DNA from: Octopus vulgaris
Taxonomy: Eukaryota
Reading direction: 5' to 3'
Length of the DNA stretch: 64,000 nucleotides
Assembly (NCBI GenBank): GCA_951406725.2
Contig: OX597828.1
Location: 14,136,001 to 14,200,000 of the forward strand
Part shown: positions 50,877 to 64,000 of the stretch, one piece after another
Numbering within the stretch: position 1 is the stretch's first letter
How the letters are laid out: every line of letters starts with the position of its first letter
The notes under the pieces: model-generated
Told to the model about the DNA's origin: nothing
What the model saw: only the letters and a program-made list of their open reading frames with translations
The model's database searches: none
Made by a program: the position numbers and the translations under genes

Positions 50877-51184
50877 TTTGACTCTACAACACTGTGTATA
50901 TATTCTGTACTTGGAATGATCAATTTTAAATACTGTTGGATCTTACTCATAAGGTGTTAAAATCTTACATTGTGTATAAACACTATACTTGGAATGACCA
51001 AGTTTAAATACTGTTGGATCTCACTCATAAGGTATTGTAATCTTACATATATACCATTCTGCCTAAAAAATGGATCTACAACTTCAATATCCCTACATAT
51101 CTCACATTATTTTCTTTCCTCCACCTCACTCTCTATTTTGTATCCTATCTAAACTATCTATTACTTAACCATCTTCTCACACCA

Positions 51185-51234
51185 TCTCCGATGAAGGGAT
51201 ATAATTAATAAATATCCTGGAAACAGCTGTAAGA
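51185..51234 (+). ncRNA. Minimal hammerhead ribozyme-like motif (variant core)
   Basis: UCU CCGAUGA AG GGAUAU..AUAUCC UG GAAA CAGCU GUA AGA; palindromic ACAGCUGU helix III; U4C change in the core. Confidence 0.55.
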
Positions 51235-51547
51235 CCTTCTATCTATAAATGTTCTAATATCTACACAGCCTTGGTGTTTATATCATTACGCAAAAAATTC
51301 TTATATATCATCATCATCATCATCATCGTTTAACGTCCGATCTTCATGCTAGCATGGGTTGGACGGTTCGACCGGGGATCTGGGAAGCCAGAAGGCTACA
51401 CCAGGCTCCAGTCTTATCTGGCAATGTTTCTACAGCTGGATGCCCTTCCTAACGCCAACCACTCCGTGAGTGTAGTGGGTGCTTTTTATGTGCCACCTGC
51501 ACAGGTGCCACGCGGCGCTGGCATCGGCCACAAGTGCTTTTTACGTA

Positions 51548-51600
<53 letters not shown>

Positions 51601-51872
51601 TATACATATATAAATGAGGGTGAAAAATTGATATTAATTTAATAATACCATTAATTTAACACCGAGTGGCTTAGCACAAAAAACTACGGAGAAAAAACAA
51701 ATTTATACATAAATTATTAGAGAGTTAACCACTATGTGGATAGACCCCAAAACCTGTTGGCCTAAGACCTCTTCAAAGGATAATCCCATAAACTGGCCCT
51801 CCCCATCTGTAATGTATACTGCTCTACATCTTAGAGTGTACGTCTTCTCCAGATTTATGTTTTCTACAAACA

Positions 51873-51911
<39 letters not shown>

Positions 51912-51920
51912 TTCACACAT

Positions 51921-52049
<129 letters not shown>

Positions 52050-52070
52050 TAGATAGATAGATAGATAGGG

Positions 52071-52121
<51 letters not shown>

Positions 52122-52621
52122 CAGAGAGGTATAGATGGATATATACAACATTCTTCACTTTCCATCTACCAAATCTACTCACAAAGCTTTTGTTAGTCTG
52201 TGACTGTAGTAGAAGACATTTTCCCGAGGTGCCATGGAGTGGGACTGAATCCCAAACCATGTGGCTGGGAAGCAAACTTATTACCACACAGACTTGTCAA
52301 TACATGCATACATACATACATGAATACATGAATACACAAACACACACATAAATATATAACTAGGTTGTTGCCTGACGCTATGCTGGCAGTAAAAATATTT
52401 GTTAACCATGAATGTACTTTCATAAATTGTTCAAAGTGAAAGTCTTTTTTTTAGAGTGACTGAAACACACTCACAAACAATAAAAAAACATAACAATATA
52501 TATATTATATATAAACATATAGCCTCTTTTGAAGTCAGTATTGTGTTGTATTGACAGACTTGCACTTAAAATACCCACATTTTTAATCAAAACTTGTTAG
52601 TTACTATGATGACAACACTTC

Positions 52622-52697
<76 letters not shown>

Positions 52698-53320
52698 AAC
52701 ACACAATACACAAACAAACCCTCTCTCTCTCTCACACACACACTCACTCACTGTACTTCTCTCTCAAGAACAACTTTTTCTTTTCCCCTTCTTCTAAAGA
52801 CATGTTGTGATGTATATTTTAATTCCTCCCCTTCATTTCTCCTCATACTAGATGTGACAAGCAAACCAAAATCAACTTCTCTTTTACAACATAAGATTAA
52901 TACTGACAGAAGCATTTTTAATACCAAAAGATTATATTTATTCCTGCTTTAAAGTGGTAATAAGGAATACTGCATTATTTAACAAGAGAGAACCTCTCAT
53001 ATGGATTTGTGCATATAATCACTCTTGCTTATATCACTAGCAGGAGATAATCATCTGCTATCGCTGCTGGGACTACCAGATCAGTCCCCTTTTGTATAAA
53101 TATATATATATATATATAGGTTATAAGAGGTAATGGTATCATTGAGACCCAAAGGTGTCAGGTAATGCTGAATAAGTGCTATAGACAGACCATAGTTAAG
53201 TTCCAGGTTCAGTAATTTTGTGAATAAGGGGTTCAACGTTGGTCATATGTCAGCGTGTGTATATAAGAATTTTTTTTGCGTAATGAGATAAAAAAACCAA
53301 GGCTATGTATATATATATAT

Positions 53321-53601
53321 AACTTATAAATAAGGGCTAAAGAAAATTATTTCTATGCCAATATGCTGATAACAGACTTTTAAATCGCCAATTTCCACAT
53401 ATTATTTACTCGCTACAGAAAACACGAAGAGCTGAAATCGAGAAAAGCCAGCCAATAGAATTTTTTTTTTTAAAGTTTGTTATTTCTATATTCTTCGTGT
53501 TTTCTGTAGCAAGTAAATAATATGTGGAAATTGACGATTTAAAAGTCTGTTATCAGCATATTGGCATAAAAATAATGTTCTGTAGCCCTTATTTATAAGT
53601 T
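53321..53601. repeat. Inverted repeat, about 110-bp arms with about 60-bp spacer
   Basis: AACTTATAAATAAGGGCTA...CAGAAAACACGAAGA (53321-53430) versus TCTTCGTGTTTTCTG...TAGCCCTTATTTATAAGTT (53492-53601). Confidence 0.9.
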
Positions 53602-53789
53602 GTTTATAAGTTTAACCATAAAGGTATTTTAATATGCTGCCACATTTTCTGATGAATTTTTTTCTGTAAAAAAAACTTCATCCTATATTAGTATATATAT
53701 ATATATATATATATATAAAGACACACACACACATATATAAATATATACATATAGATATACATATATACATATATATATATATGTATACA

Positions 53790-53821
<32 letters not shown>

Positions 53822-54449
53822 GTAAAATCATTATAAATAATAGTAGGGAATATAAAATTCCAAACTTACTTATATCATTAGCAGGAGATAATCATCTGCT
53901 ATCACTGCTGGGACTACCAGATCATATCAGCCTTCTTTGGCCCTGTCAATGACAGATGCCCAAAGCTATATATATCTTTCACTGTCAGTTGAATTACTTA
54001 ATAGAGGTTATTTCTCTTAATTACACCACCCCACACATATATATATATGTATATGTATGTATGTATGTTTGTATTCAGTTGTATCAGCTCCAAGTAGTGT
54101 TTAAGCATAAGCAAACTTTAGGTTAGTTAAAATATGTTTCTGACATATTTCAACTTCTAAAGGCAAATTCGTGGAGATAAAATCCTCTCTTATGGCAAAA
54201 GGTAGAAAAGACACCATATCTGTCCAGTACCCTCTATTGGATTCCCACATGTAACATTTCTGGATCTGTAGCCTTCCTCAATGGGACATACCGAAGAGAA
54301 GTATCTCTGGGTAGATTTAAAGCTGTAGCTTTAAGGAAAAGCAGTCAACAATATTGTTTTACACACACACACACAAATACACTTATATGTAAACCTATAC
54401 TCTTTTACGCTTACATTTTCTTTTAATTGCTTTTGTCATTGGACTGTAG

Positions 54450-54522
54450 CCATATGTGTGCATGTGCACATGTGCACGCATGTGTGTGTGTATATGTGTG
54501 TGTTTGTGTGTGTGTGTGTGAG

Positions 54523-54604
<82 letters not shown>

Positions 54605-54650
54605 TGTGTGTGTGTTTGTGTGTATGTGTGTGTGTGTGTGTGTGTGTATA
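54450..54650. repeat. (GT)n microsatellite
   Basis: Direct inspection. Confidence 0.95.
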
Positions 54651-54853
54651 TACAAGGAACATCAGCTATTTCAGAACAAAAGTTCTATTAAAGGAAAACA
54701 CCAATATTTATTAGTAAAATCCAAAAGACACTGATAGAATAGGTACAAGGCTTACAAAGAATAAGTCCTGGGGTCGATTTGCTTGACTAAAAGCGGTGCT
54801 CCAGCATGGCTGCAATCAAATGACTGAAGCAAGTAAAAGAGTAAAAGAGTATA

Positions 54854-55815
54854 TGAGGTGGTGTCAAAAAGTTTGCAGACTAGTTCTGTAGCATGCTACC
54901 AGATGGCAGTGGGAGCTAGCAGTGACCTTCATGAGGCAGTGTGCTGAGTGACATCGCTGTGTTTACTTCGCAAGTTGTAAAATTTGTGTTTTTGTGATCG
55001 TGTGTTTGGTGTAGTCTGCGATTTTGTCATGGATGGGAACAATGAGACACTGGGAAATTTTGTGTTAAACTTGGGAAGTCTGCTACAGAGACAATGAGCA
55101 TGCTTTGACAAGCTTACAGCAATGAGGGAACGGGTCATACAAAATGTTTTGAGTGGCATGGGTGCTTCAAAAGCAAAAGAATATTCTTGGAAGATGATGA
55201 GTGATCTGGAAGAACTGCCACAAGCGTCACCCCAGAAATGTGATGCTCGGAATCAAGAATTCATCCCTCCAGGGCCAGACAGTCAATCAAGAGTTTAACT
55301 GTGATGTTTTGAAGCATTTGAGGTAGGACATTTGGCTAAAGTGACCAGAACCGTGGGGTGCAAAGAATTCGATTCTTCACCAAGCTCTCCTCACTCAAAA
55401 GCTTTTTGCCAAAAACGACATGGTCACACTCACCCTATTCACTATATTTAGCACCAGTGCGATCTCTTCTCCAAGACAAAAATACAGCTCAAAAGGTTGG
55501 CGTTTTAACACCATTGTCAAGATCCTGAGTTAATTGCAGAAAGTCTTCGACTCACTTATGGAAAACGATTTCCAGCCTGGATTCCAAAAGTGGCAAGAAC
55601 AATGGGACCAGTGTACTGCTGCACAAGGTGATTATTTCAAAAGAAATGATGTTAAAGCAGTGGCTGTGTGGTAAGTAGCTTGCTTACCAACCACATGGTT
55701 CCGGGTTCAGTCCCACTGCATGGCACCTTGGGCAAATGTTTTTTACTATGGCCTCGGATTGACCAAAGCCTTGTGAGTGGATTTGGTAGACGGAAACTGA
55801 ATGAAGCCTGTCATA

Positions 55816-55861
<46 letters not shown>

Positions 55862-55870
55862 TATATATGC

Positions 55871-55906
<36 letters not shown>

Positions 55907-56146
55907 TTGTGTCTGTTTGTCCCCCCCCCCAACATTGATTGACAACTGATGCTGGTGTTTTTACATCCCCGTAACTTAGCGGTTCGGCAAAGGAGACTGA
56001 TAGAATAAGTACTAGGTTTCCAAAGAATAAGTCCTGGGGGCGATTTGCTTGACTAAAGGCGGTGCTCCAACATGGCCATAGTAACATGACCGAAACAAGT
56101 AAAAGAATAAACATAACTAATCCAGGAATCTTTTTGTACCACCTCA
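54854..56146 (+). mobile_element. Decayed mariner transposon with nested family A SINE
   Basis: TA-flanked TIRs TGAGGTGGTGTCAAAAAG / CTTTTTGTACCACCTCA; remnants KFCVKLGKSATET..., CFEWH..FK..., EFIPPGQTVNQEF with stops and frameshifts; SINE at 55657-56107. Confidence 0.85.
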
Positions 56147-56759
56147 TATACATGCCAAAAAGCTATTCAGTAGAATTACCATCAGCCTCAATTGCTTCCT
56201 TGATATAGCTTTTGAAATGACTAAATGCATTGATCAGATGATCATAATTCCTGCTTGACATAACGTCCCCATTAGCAGACTATTGGTACTATTGACATGC
56301 TCATTGGTCTCCCTCTCGACAACATCCCAGACAGAATACTCTTTTTCTTTTTACTCTTTTTACTTGTTTCAGTCATTTGACTGCGGCCATGCAGGAGCAC
56401 CGCCTTTAGTCGAGCAAATCGACCCCGGGACTTATTTTTTGTAAGCCCAGTACTTACACTGTCGGTCTCTTTTGCCAAACCGCTAAGTGACGGGGACGTA
56501 AACACACCAGCATCGGTTGTCAAGCAATGCTAGGGAGACAAACACAGACACAGAAACACATACATATATATATACATATATACGACAGGCTTCTTTCAGT
56601 TTCTGTCTACCAAATCCACTCACAAGGCATTGGTCGGCCCGGGGCTATAGCAGAAGACACTTGCCCAAGATGCCACGCGGTGGGACTGAACCCGGAACCA
56701 TGTGGTTGGTAAACAAGCTACTTACCACACAGCCACTCCTGCGCCTATAGTTCATAATC

Positions 56760-57320
56760 TTTGTTCTAGATACCTTGAATGTGTTCAGTGGAGGTAGCCT
56801 TAGTCTTGTATAAATAGCTTCCTCAGCATTGTGTGACTGATTAATAGGGTATGAATCTTTGCTTTTGCAGGAGCAATTTACATTGACTGGTTTGATTGGG
56901 TTTCTTGTAATAAACTTTTGCATGTTTGTTAATTATTTATGTTGAATAATTTTTCTCTAATATTAAGTTCAGCAGGAAATGTTTATTGATTAAGTATAAG
57001 AAATGTTTAGCTATATTTGATTTAGTGTTAATGAGAAGGTGGATGGAGGTAGGATTTGAACCAAATGATTTTCTAACAACTTTCCTGCTACTGGGTAGCA
57101 ATGGAACATATTTTCCTGTATTTTTTTCTGATAGGGCATTATTGTTGGGGTCAGCTACATTGAAGCTATTTTTAGTTGACAGTACCTCAGAGATTTGTCC
57201 ATTAACAATTTTGGCTAGGTTTTTAAAAACTACAAACAGTGACAAGAATTTTCGACCTATTTGAGCTTTCTGCTTAGTTTCCTTATATGGTTTATGTTTA
57301 TCTGTATTGAGGTCAAATGT
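56760..57320 (-). mobile_element. Decayed Penelope-like element ORF (RT C-terminus and linker up to the GIY-YIG domain)
   Basis: LTFDLNTDKHKPYK..., KNLAKIVNGQISEVLSTKNSFN...NNALSE, NTKSNIAKHFLYLINKHF, then NCSCKSKDSYPINQ...EEAIY, resembling PLE motifs (DVTFDL..G.YKPY, N.K.NIGK.FL.LIDKHF, CxC....CPL..C...VYKA). Confidence 0.8.
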
Positions 57321-58423
57321 TAGAGCAGCTGGTGGCAGAATCGTTAGCATATCAGATAAAATATCATGCATTCAAATCCAATCAAGGTCAACTTTCCCTT
57401 TCATCCTTCTAGCATCATCATCATCATCATCATTCATTTAGCGTCCGTTTTCCATGCTAGCATGGGTTGGACGGTTCAACTGGGGTCTGGGGAGCCCGAA
57501 GGCTGCACCAGGCCAGTCAGATCTGGCAGTGTTTCTACAGCTGGATGCCCTTCCTAACGCCAACCACTCCGAGAGTGTAGTGGGTGATTTTATGTGCCAC
57601 CGACACAGGTGCCAGACGAGATCAATAACAAAAATGATTGTACTAATAACTAGGTCAGTTTCATCAATGACAAATTCAGAGTTAGAGTCACTAGGGCACA
57701 CTGACATTGTCTTTAATTTCTTTCTGGTGCTGGCAGAAATGTTAGCATGCCGGGCAAAATGCTTAGCAGTATTTCGTCTGCCACTACATTCTGAGTTCAA
57801 ATTCCGCCAAGGTAAACTTTGCCTTTGATCCTTTCAGGGTCGATTCAATAAGTACCAGCTACACACTGGGGTCAATATAATCGACTTAATCCATTTGTCT
57901 GTCCTTCTTTGTCCCCTCCGTGTGTAGCTCCTTGTGGGCAGTAAAGAAATAGGTAATACCTGTAATATGATTGGTGCCAAGCTTTATTTGTCCTTGACCT
58001 TCTGTTGCATGGAGATGGGAGACTTATTACTTGGCCAACTGCTGTTCTTCCATACAGCTTTGACCAAAATTGCCCTCTGGCAGGGACACCTTAGTGTTCC
58101 TCCAACACAGACTGGAACCATACTTCCTAGGCGCAGATTGACTGAAAACTCTAAAACATTACTGTACTTATGAATATTGTAATTTGTGAATATTGTTATA
58201 TTAAATCTGAAATTGTTGAAGCTCTAATTAATTCTTTTCTAAATACTCTTTTACTTGTTTCAGTCATTTGACAGTGGCCTTGCTGGAGCACCGTCTTTAG
58301 TCGAGCACATCGACCCCAGGACTTATTCTAACGGTCTCTTTGCCGAGCCGCTAAGTTACAGGGACATAAACACATCAGCATTGGTTGTCAAGCAATGTTG
58401 GGGGAACAAACACAGACACACAA

Positions 58424-58464
<41 letters not shown>

Positions 58465-59683
58465 AATATATATATACATATACATATATACGACAGGCTT
58501 CTTTCAGTTTTATATATTTAATATGTGGTCATTAGTGTGACGTGATAAGGCAAACCAATGAACTCTACATAGGCCAATAGTTGTGAATCTATTCTTAATT
58601 GTATTCAAAATGTAAAAATCAACAAAGTCACGTCTTTGCTCTATTGAATAATCCCATACTGACACTTAATAAACCAGTAAAATTGTCTGTTCATTTTAAT
58701 TCATGGAGGAGTTATAAAGAATAAGAGATTCTTGGAATGCATAGTAATTTCTATGTTATAGTAATTTACAGTATTGTATGTTTTAGCAAAGTTCAGAATG
58801 CCCGTAAGTAATAATTTAGAAATGGAAGTGTGGTGTTAGCGGTGTTATGAAAACATTTTCTGGCCATGAGGAAATATTACCTTCCTTGGAATCAGGTGAG
58901 GGTTGCTGACAGGAAGGGGCATCTGGCCATAGAAAAATCTGCCTTACTGAATTCCTCTGACATATGCAACCAAAGGAAATGGGATATTACAAAGATGATG
59001 ATGACGATCGTGAAGATGTTTGATGATAATGATGATAATGATGTTTATATCTTTATTTATAAAAACAATTTTACATTGATCCGAGGGGTTACTCTATACT
59101 TTTGTAGGTTACTAGTTTTATTCTTAAACAAAAGTATTGTTGACTGTAACTTTGAAGTTTCAGCCTGATAGGATGAAAGACAAAGTCGACAGAAGAAACA
59201 CCGCTAAGCATTTCCCCTGGCATGCTAACGTTTCCACCTACGCAAATATTCTTTTCTACTCTAGGCACAAGGCCCGAAATTTTTGGGGAAGGGGCCAGTC
59301 GATTAGATCGATCTCAGTACACAACTGGTACTTAATTTATTGACCCCAAAAGGATGAAATGCAACGTCAACCGTGGCAGAATTTGAACTCAGAACATAAA
59401 GCCAGGCAAAATACTGCTAAACATTTCGCCTGGCATGCTAACGTTTCTGCCAGCTTGCCGCCTTTCCACCTATGCAAATATTAAAAAAGAAATGGATACA
59501 CTAAAAATAACAATAAAATATTCCTAAACTCCTTTGTAAATTTTTATATCAATTAAACAATAAATTTTTCTCCACCTGCTGCACAGCTCTTACCTGTGTC
59601 CTTGTCCTAGACATGTAATGTCACCTGCAAAACAGCTGTTGTTATTATTCAGGTTGTGAACTAGCAGAATTGTTAGTGTATAA

Positions 59684-61450
59684 GGCGGCGAGCTGGCAGA
59701 AACATTAGCATGCCGGGCAAAATGTGTAGCTGTATTTCGTCTGTCATTATGTTGTGAGTTCAAATTCTGCCGAGGTCGACTTTGCCTTTCATCCTTTCGA
59801 GGTCGATAAATTAAGTACCAGTTACGCACTGGGGTCGATGTAATTGACTTAATGCCTATGTCTGTCCTTGCTTGTCCCCTCTGTGTTTAGCCCCTTGTGG
59901 GTAATAAAGAAATAGGTATTTCATCTGCCATTATGTTCCAACTTCAAATTCTGCAAAGGTCGACTTTACCTTTCATCCTTTCGGGGTCGATAAATTAAGT
60001 ACCAGTTACACACTGGGGTCGATGTAATCGACTTAATCCGTTTGTCTCCTCTATGTTTAGCCCCTTGTGGGCAATAAAGAAACAAGAATTGTCAGTGTAT
60101 TGGGCTATATGCTATTTCTTCTGAGTTCAAACACTGCTGTAGTTAACTTGGTCTTTCATCCTCTTAGGGTTGATAAAATAAGTACTAGTTGAGTACTGGT
60201 GTTAAATATAATCAATTGGCCCCTCTTCTTATAAAATTTCAGGCCTTGTGGCTATAGTAGAAAAGATTATATAAGACAGCGGCTGGCAGAGTTGTTAGCA
60301 TCTCAGGTAAAACATTTAGCAACATTTTGTCTGTTTTTACATTCTGAGTTCAAATTCTGCTGAGGTCAACTTTGTCTTTCATTCTTTTGAGGTCAATCAA
60401 TTAAGTACCAGGTGAGCACTGGGGTCAGTGTCATCAACTAGCCCCTCACCACAAAATTTCAGGTCTTATGCCAATATAATAAAAAGGATTACCAAAGGTG
60501 ATGAACTGGCAGAATTGTTAGCAATGTTGGAACAAAATGCTTAGCATTTCTTTCAGTACTTCGTGAGTTCAAACCATGCTGGGGTCAGCTTTACCTTTTA
60601 TTCTCTTAGATTTGATAAAGCCAGTACCAGGTGAGTACTGAGGTCAATGTGATTGATTAGCCCTCTTTCCCAAAATTTCAGGCTTTGTACCAATAGTAGA
60701 AAGAATTATATAAAACAGTGGGTTGGCAGAACCATTAGCATGTCAGACAAAATGCTTAGCAGTATTTCTTTTGACTCTTTATGATCTGAGTTCAAACACT
60801 GCTGAGACTGACTTTGCCTTTCATCCTTTTAGGGGTAAGATAAGTACTGGTCAATTACTGGGGTCAATGTAATGACCAATCCCCTGCCCCTAAAATTACT
60901 GGCCTTGTGCCAAAATTTGAAACCATTATTGAGAATGATGGATGTTAGCATCATTAGAGCATTGCAAAAAAATACCTTGTGGTATATCTGATTATTTACC
61001 TTCTGAGAACAAATACCATTGGTGTCAATTTTGCCTTTCATTCTTTTAGTGTTGATGAAATAAAGTGGCAGTAAAGTGCTAGAAGATACTTGCTCAAGGT
61101 GCTGCTGTCCAGTGGAATTGAACATGGAATCATACACAAAACAAACTTAACCTTACAGCCATACTTGTGACTATGACTTGCTCCTCTGAAATTGCTGGCC
61201 TTGTGCCAGAATTCGAAATAAATATCTTGTGGTATTTAAAGCAGTGAGCTGGCAGTATTGCTAGTGTGCTGGGTAAAATGCTTAGCTGCATTTAGTGTCT
61301 TCATGTTCTGAGTTCAACTTTATCTTTCATCCTTTTTTTTTGGGGGGGGGGTCAATAAAATTAAGTACCAGTTGAACACTGGCACCGATCTAATCAACTT
61401 ACCCACTCCTCCTGAAACTACTGGCCTTGTGCCAAAATTTGAAATCAATA
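59684..61450 (+). repeat. Head-to-tail array of about 8 family B SINE units
   Basis: Repeating GGCAGAA..TTAGCA / GAGTTCAAA / CTTTCATCCTTT / AAGTACCAG / GGCCTTGTGCC at about 180-300 bp spacing. Confidence 0.8.
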
Positions 61451-64000
61451 TCTCGTTTTATTTAGTCATGATAGTGGTTTTAATTATTGGATAAGTCAGT
61501 GTGTTTGTTCTTGAGCATTTCATCTCACGTTCCAGTTCACTCAACTGTAAATAAGTTCCAGCAATAACTGGGAAGTTAAATCTGCAACAGACCAATGTTC
61601 TGTTCAAGAGGGAGCATTATAAATTACTTCCTGGAAGCATTTCTTTAGGTATTGAGTTCTTCTGTGCACAAAAATATATGCAAAAAGAAAAATCTTTTGT
61701 TGCCATGTGCTATGTAAAGGTGTGTGGCCCAGTAGCTCGTGTGTTGGGCTAAACAGAGGAGACAAATGGATTAAGTCGATTACATCGACCCCAGTGTGTA
61801 ACCGGTACTTAATTTATTGACCCTGAAAGGATGAAAGGTGAAGTTGACCTCGATGGAATTTGAACTTGGAACGTAAGGGCAGACGAAATACCTATTTCTT
61901 TACTCATTTTTACCAACTGAATGGACTGGAGCAATGTGAAATGAAATGCTTTGCTCAAGAATACAATGTGTTGCCCAGTCCAGGAATTGAAACCACAATC
62001 TTACAATCACGAGTGCAACACCCTAACTACTAAGCCACACACTTCCACTAACACATATATAGTGTCTTGCTTGGAATTGAACTCAGAACCTCTAGTTAAC
62101 TATATTGCATTAACCACTGCCTTCCTCCACAAAAATTATATACATGGAAATTGGATGAAGCTCCAGCTGTACAAGTCCTAGGGCTTGAAGTCTATCCCCC
62201 TTAGCCCTAAATTTTGTACTGTACTGTGCTGTACATCAGTCCATGTCTAGCATCAGATTTGTCAGGTTTTATATTATTCTTTTATATATCTTTGTCTTCT
62301 CAGCAGTTGTTTTCTATAAGGTTTCCAACCAGCAATCCTTTCAATATCTTTCCATTATTTATTCTCAATGGGTGTGGAGGCGCAATGGCCCAGTGGTTAG
62401 GGTAGCAGATTCACAGTCGTAGGATCACGGTTTTGATTCCCAGACAGGGCGTTGTGAGTGTTTATTGAGCAAAAACACCTAATTCTCCACGAGGCTCCGG
62501 CAGGGGGTGGTGGCGATCCCTGCTGTACTCTTTCGCCACAACTTTCTCTCACTCTTTCTTCTGTTGGCCTGCTCGCTTAGCCAGCGAGGTGGCGTCATTT
62601 GAAGGCTAAAACAATGCGAAACGCATTGTGACCAGCGATGTGTAACAACATCTGATAGCCTGGTCGGTCATGGTGATATAATGGGTACAAGCATGATTGT
62701 GTAGTTCAAGAGTTTTTAGTCCCACTGCATCTAATCCAAAAGATTGGAAAAAGCCACTCAGAAGGCCTCCATGATGGGAAGACAATTTAATAAAACAATT
62801 TGGGCCAAGGTGGAAAAGAATGGTGTAAACAAGACAGAATTGGAAGCACATTGTGACCATTAGTATATAACATTTGATAATCTGGTCAATATAGACAGAT
62901 TAGTGGGAATATACACTCTTTATCTTCGCTTTTTAATTCAGAAAAAAAAATAAAATAAAATGAACAACAAAACACATTTGTATATATATTAGCAAAAAAA
63001 TTTATTTTAATAGCATATCAAATTTGCATGCTTCTTAAAAAAAATTAAATTAAAAAATTTGATGGGTAATTTTTTTCCTCTCCCCCTCCTCTCTCTCCCT
63101 TCCTAGTGGCATTACCAGAAGATAGGCGTAATTAATTAGGGTCACGTTGTAAGACAGGGAGGTTAGGAGGTATTCCAGTCTGAACTTTGATTGTGCTTTT
63201 ATTGAAGAACTTTTAACGGAAAGAGATAGCATCAACTATAGATAGAAACACTAATAATAATAATAATTATTATTATATCAAAAATGAAAATAGCAACAAT
63301 GCAGGGAAAATAACTACACTAATAACATCTCCCCCAACCTACCCTTCTGCCCAGCCCTGCATATCTTTCATTTTATTTTATTTTTATACATTTTCCTGCT
63401 ATCCTTGAAAATTTGTACAAATATAACTAACAAAAATAGTTTGATTTTCTTTATGTTTCCAATACATGTAAGAAAAAAAAAGGTAAAAATTATAAATTTC
63501 CTTTTATTAATCTCAATATTTCTTCAGCATTATAGAATATATATATATATATATATAGATAAAAAAAAATTGCAAAAAAAGTTTCAATTTTAAGACTAGA
63601 ATATAAAGCTCAGTAACAGTAATTGCTTGTAAGGAAAGCTTAATCCAATAAATATAATTTGTCAAGGTGGACAAGCGAAACTGCGAGGAAATCAACAGAA
63701 GTATTATATATTTATAAAAAAAAAAAAAAGCACCATTTTCAAAAAAAAAATAAAAGGAAAAAATATAGCAAATTGAATATATTTTGTAACAAATTATTTT
63801 GTTTTCATCTGTTGGATGAGGAAGCTTCAAAATATAATCGAATTGATGGGTAGCATCATTGGCTGAAACTGGTTTCTTGAGATTCAGATATTAATCCGAC
63901 AGTGATGTTGGTGTGTCATGGTTCACTCCGCGTGCACTCAAAAAAAAGTTACAAAGGTTACTCTCGGAAGTTGACAGGGGAAGTCATGAAAAGGAAGTGG

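Noticed and set aside
59684-61450. Regularly spaced repeats as a CRISPR-like array
   Set aside because: Units are long, diverged SINE copies with no unique spacers and no cas genes, in a eukaryotic context
62374-62450. tRNA-like sequences at SINE heads (also 18490, 27418, 37235, 39357)
   Set aside because: No complete cloverleaf or acceptor stem, and they run into SINE bodies, so they are not tRNA genes

Overview
Eukaryotic, AT-rich, repeat-dense DNA. The SINE families and microsatellite load look like an octopus (coleoid cephalopod) genome; this is inference, not a database result. The ORF track is almost all noise from microsatellites and SINEs. One real gene can be assembled by hand on the + strand: 16 GT-AG coding exons (409-32768) with fully consistent phases. 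They encode the last 609 aa of pseudouridine synthase 7 (PUS7, TruD family; catalytic GTKD Asp codon at 9424-9426). The start codon lies upstream of the window. Introns and the downstream 31 kb contain at least five SINE families, Merlin-like and hAT MITEs with 8-bp TSDs, a non-autonomous Helitron, decayed maT and mariner transposons, CR1-type LINE fragments and a decayed Penelope-like (PLE) ORF. The most unusual signal is a set of about 7 minimal hammerhead-ribozyme motifs of the PLE type, most associated with inverted repeats or (TA)n tracts. One has a fully intact core (47183-47265, - strand). Another sits in a TSD-flanked element that joins a tRNA-derived Pol III head to a hammerhead-bearing tail (27262-27690), a candidate PLE-dependent ribozyme SINE. 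Weak signals suggest a second + strand gene starting between about 45.2 kb and the window end. Repeat coordinates are approximate unless TSDs or TIRs are quoted.
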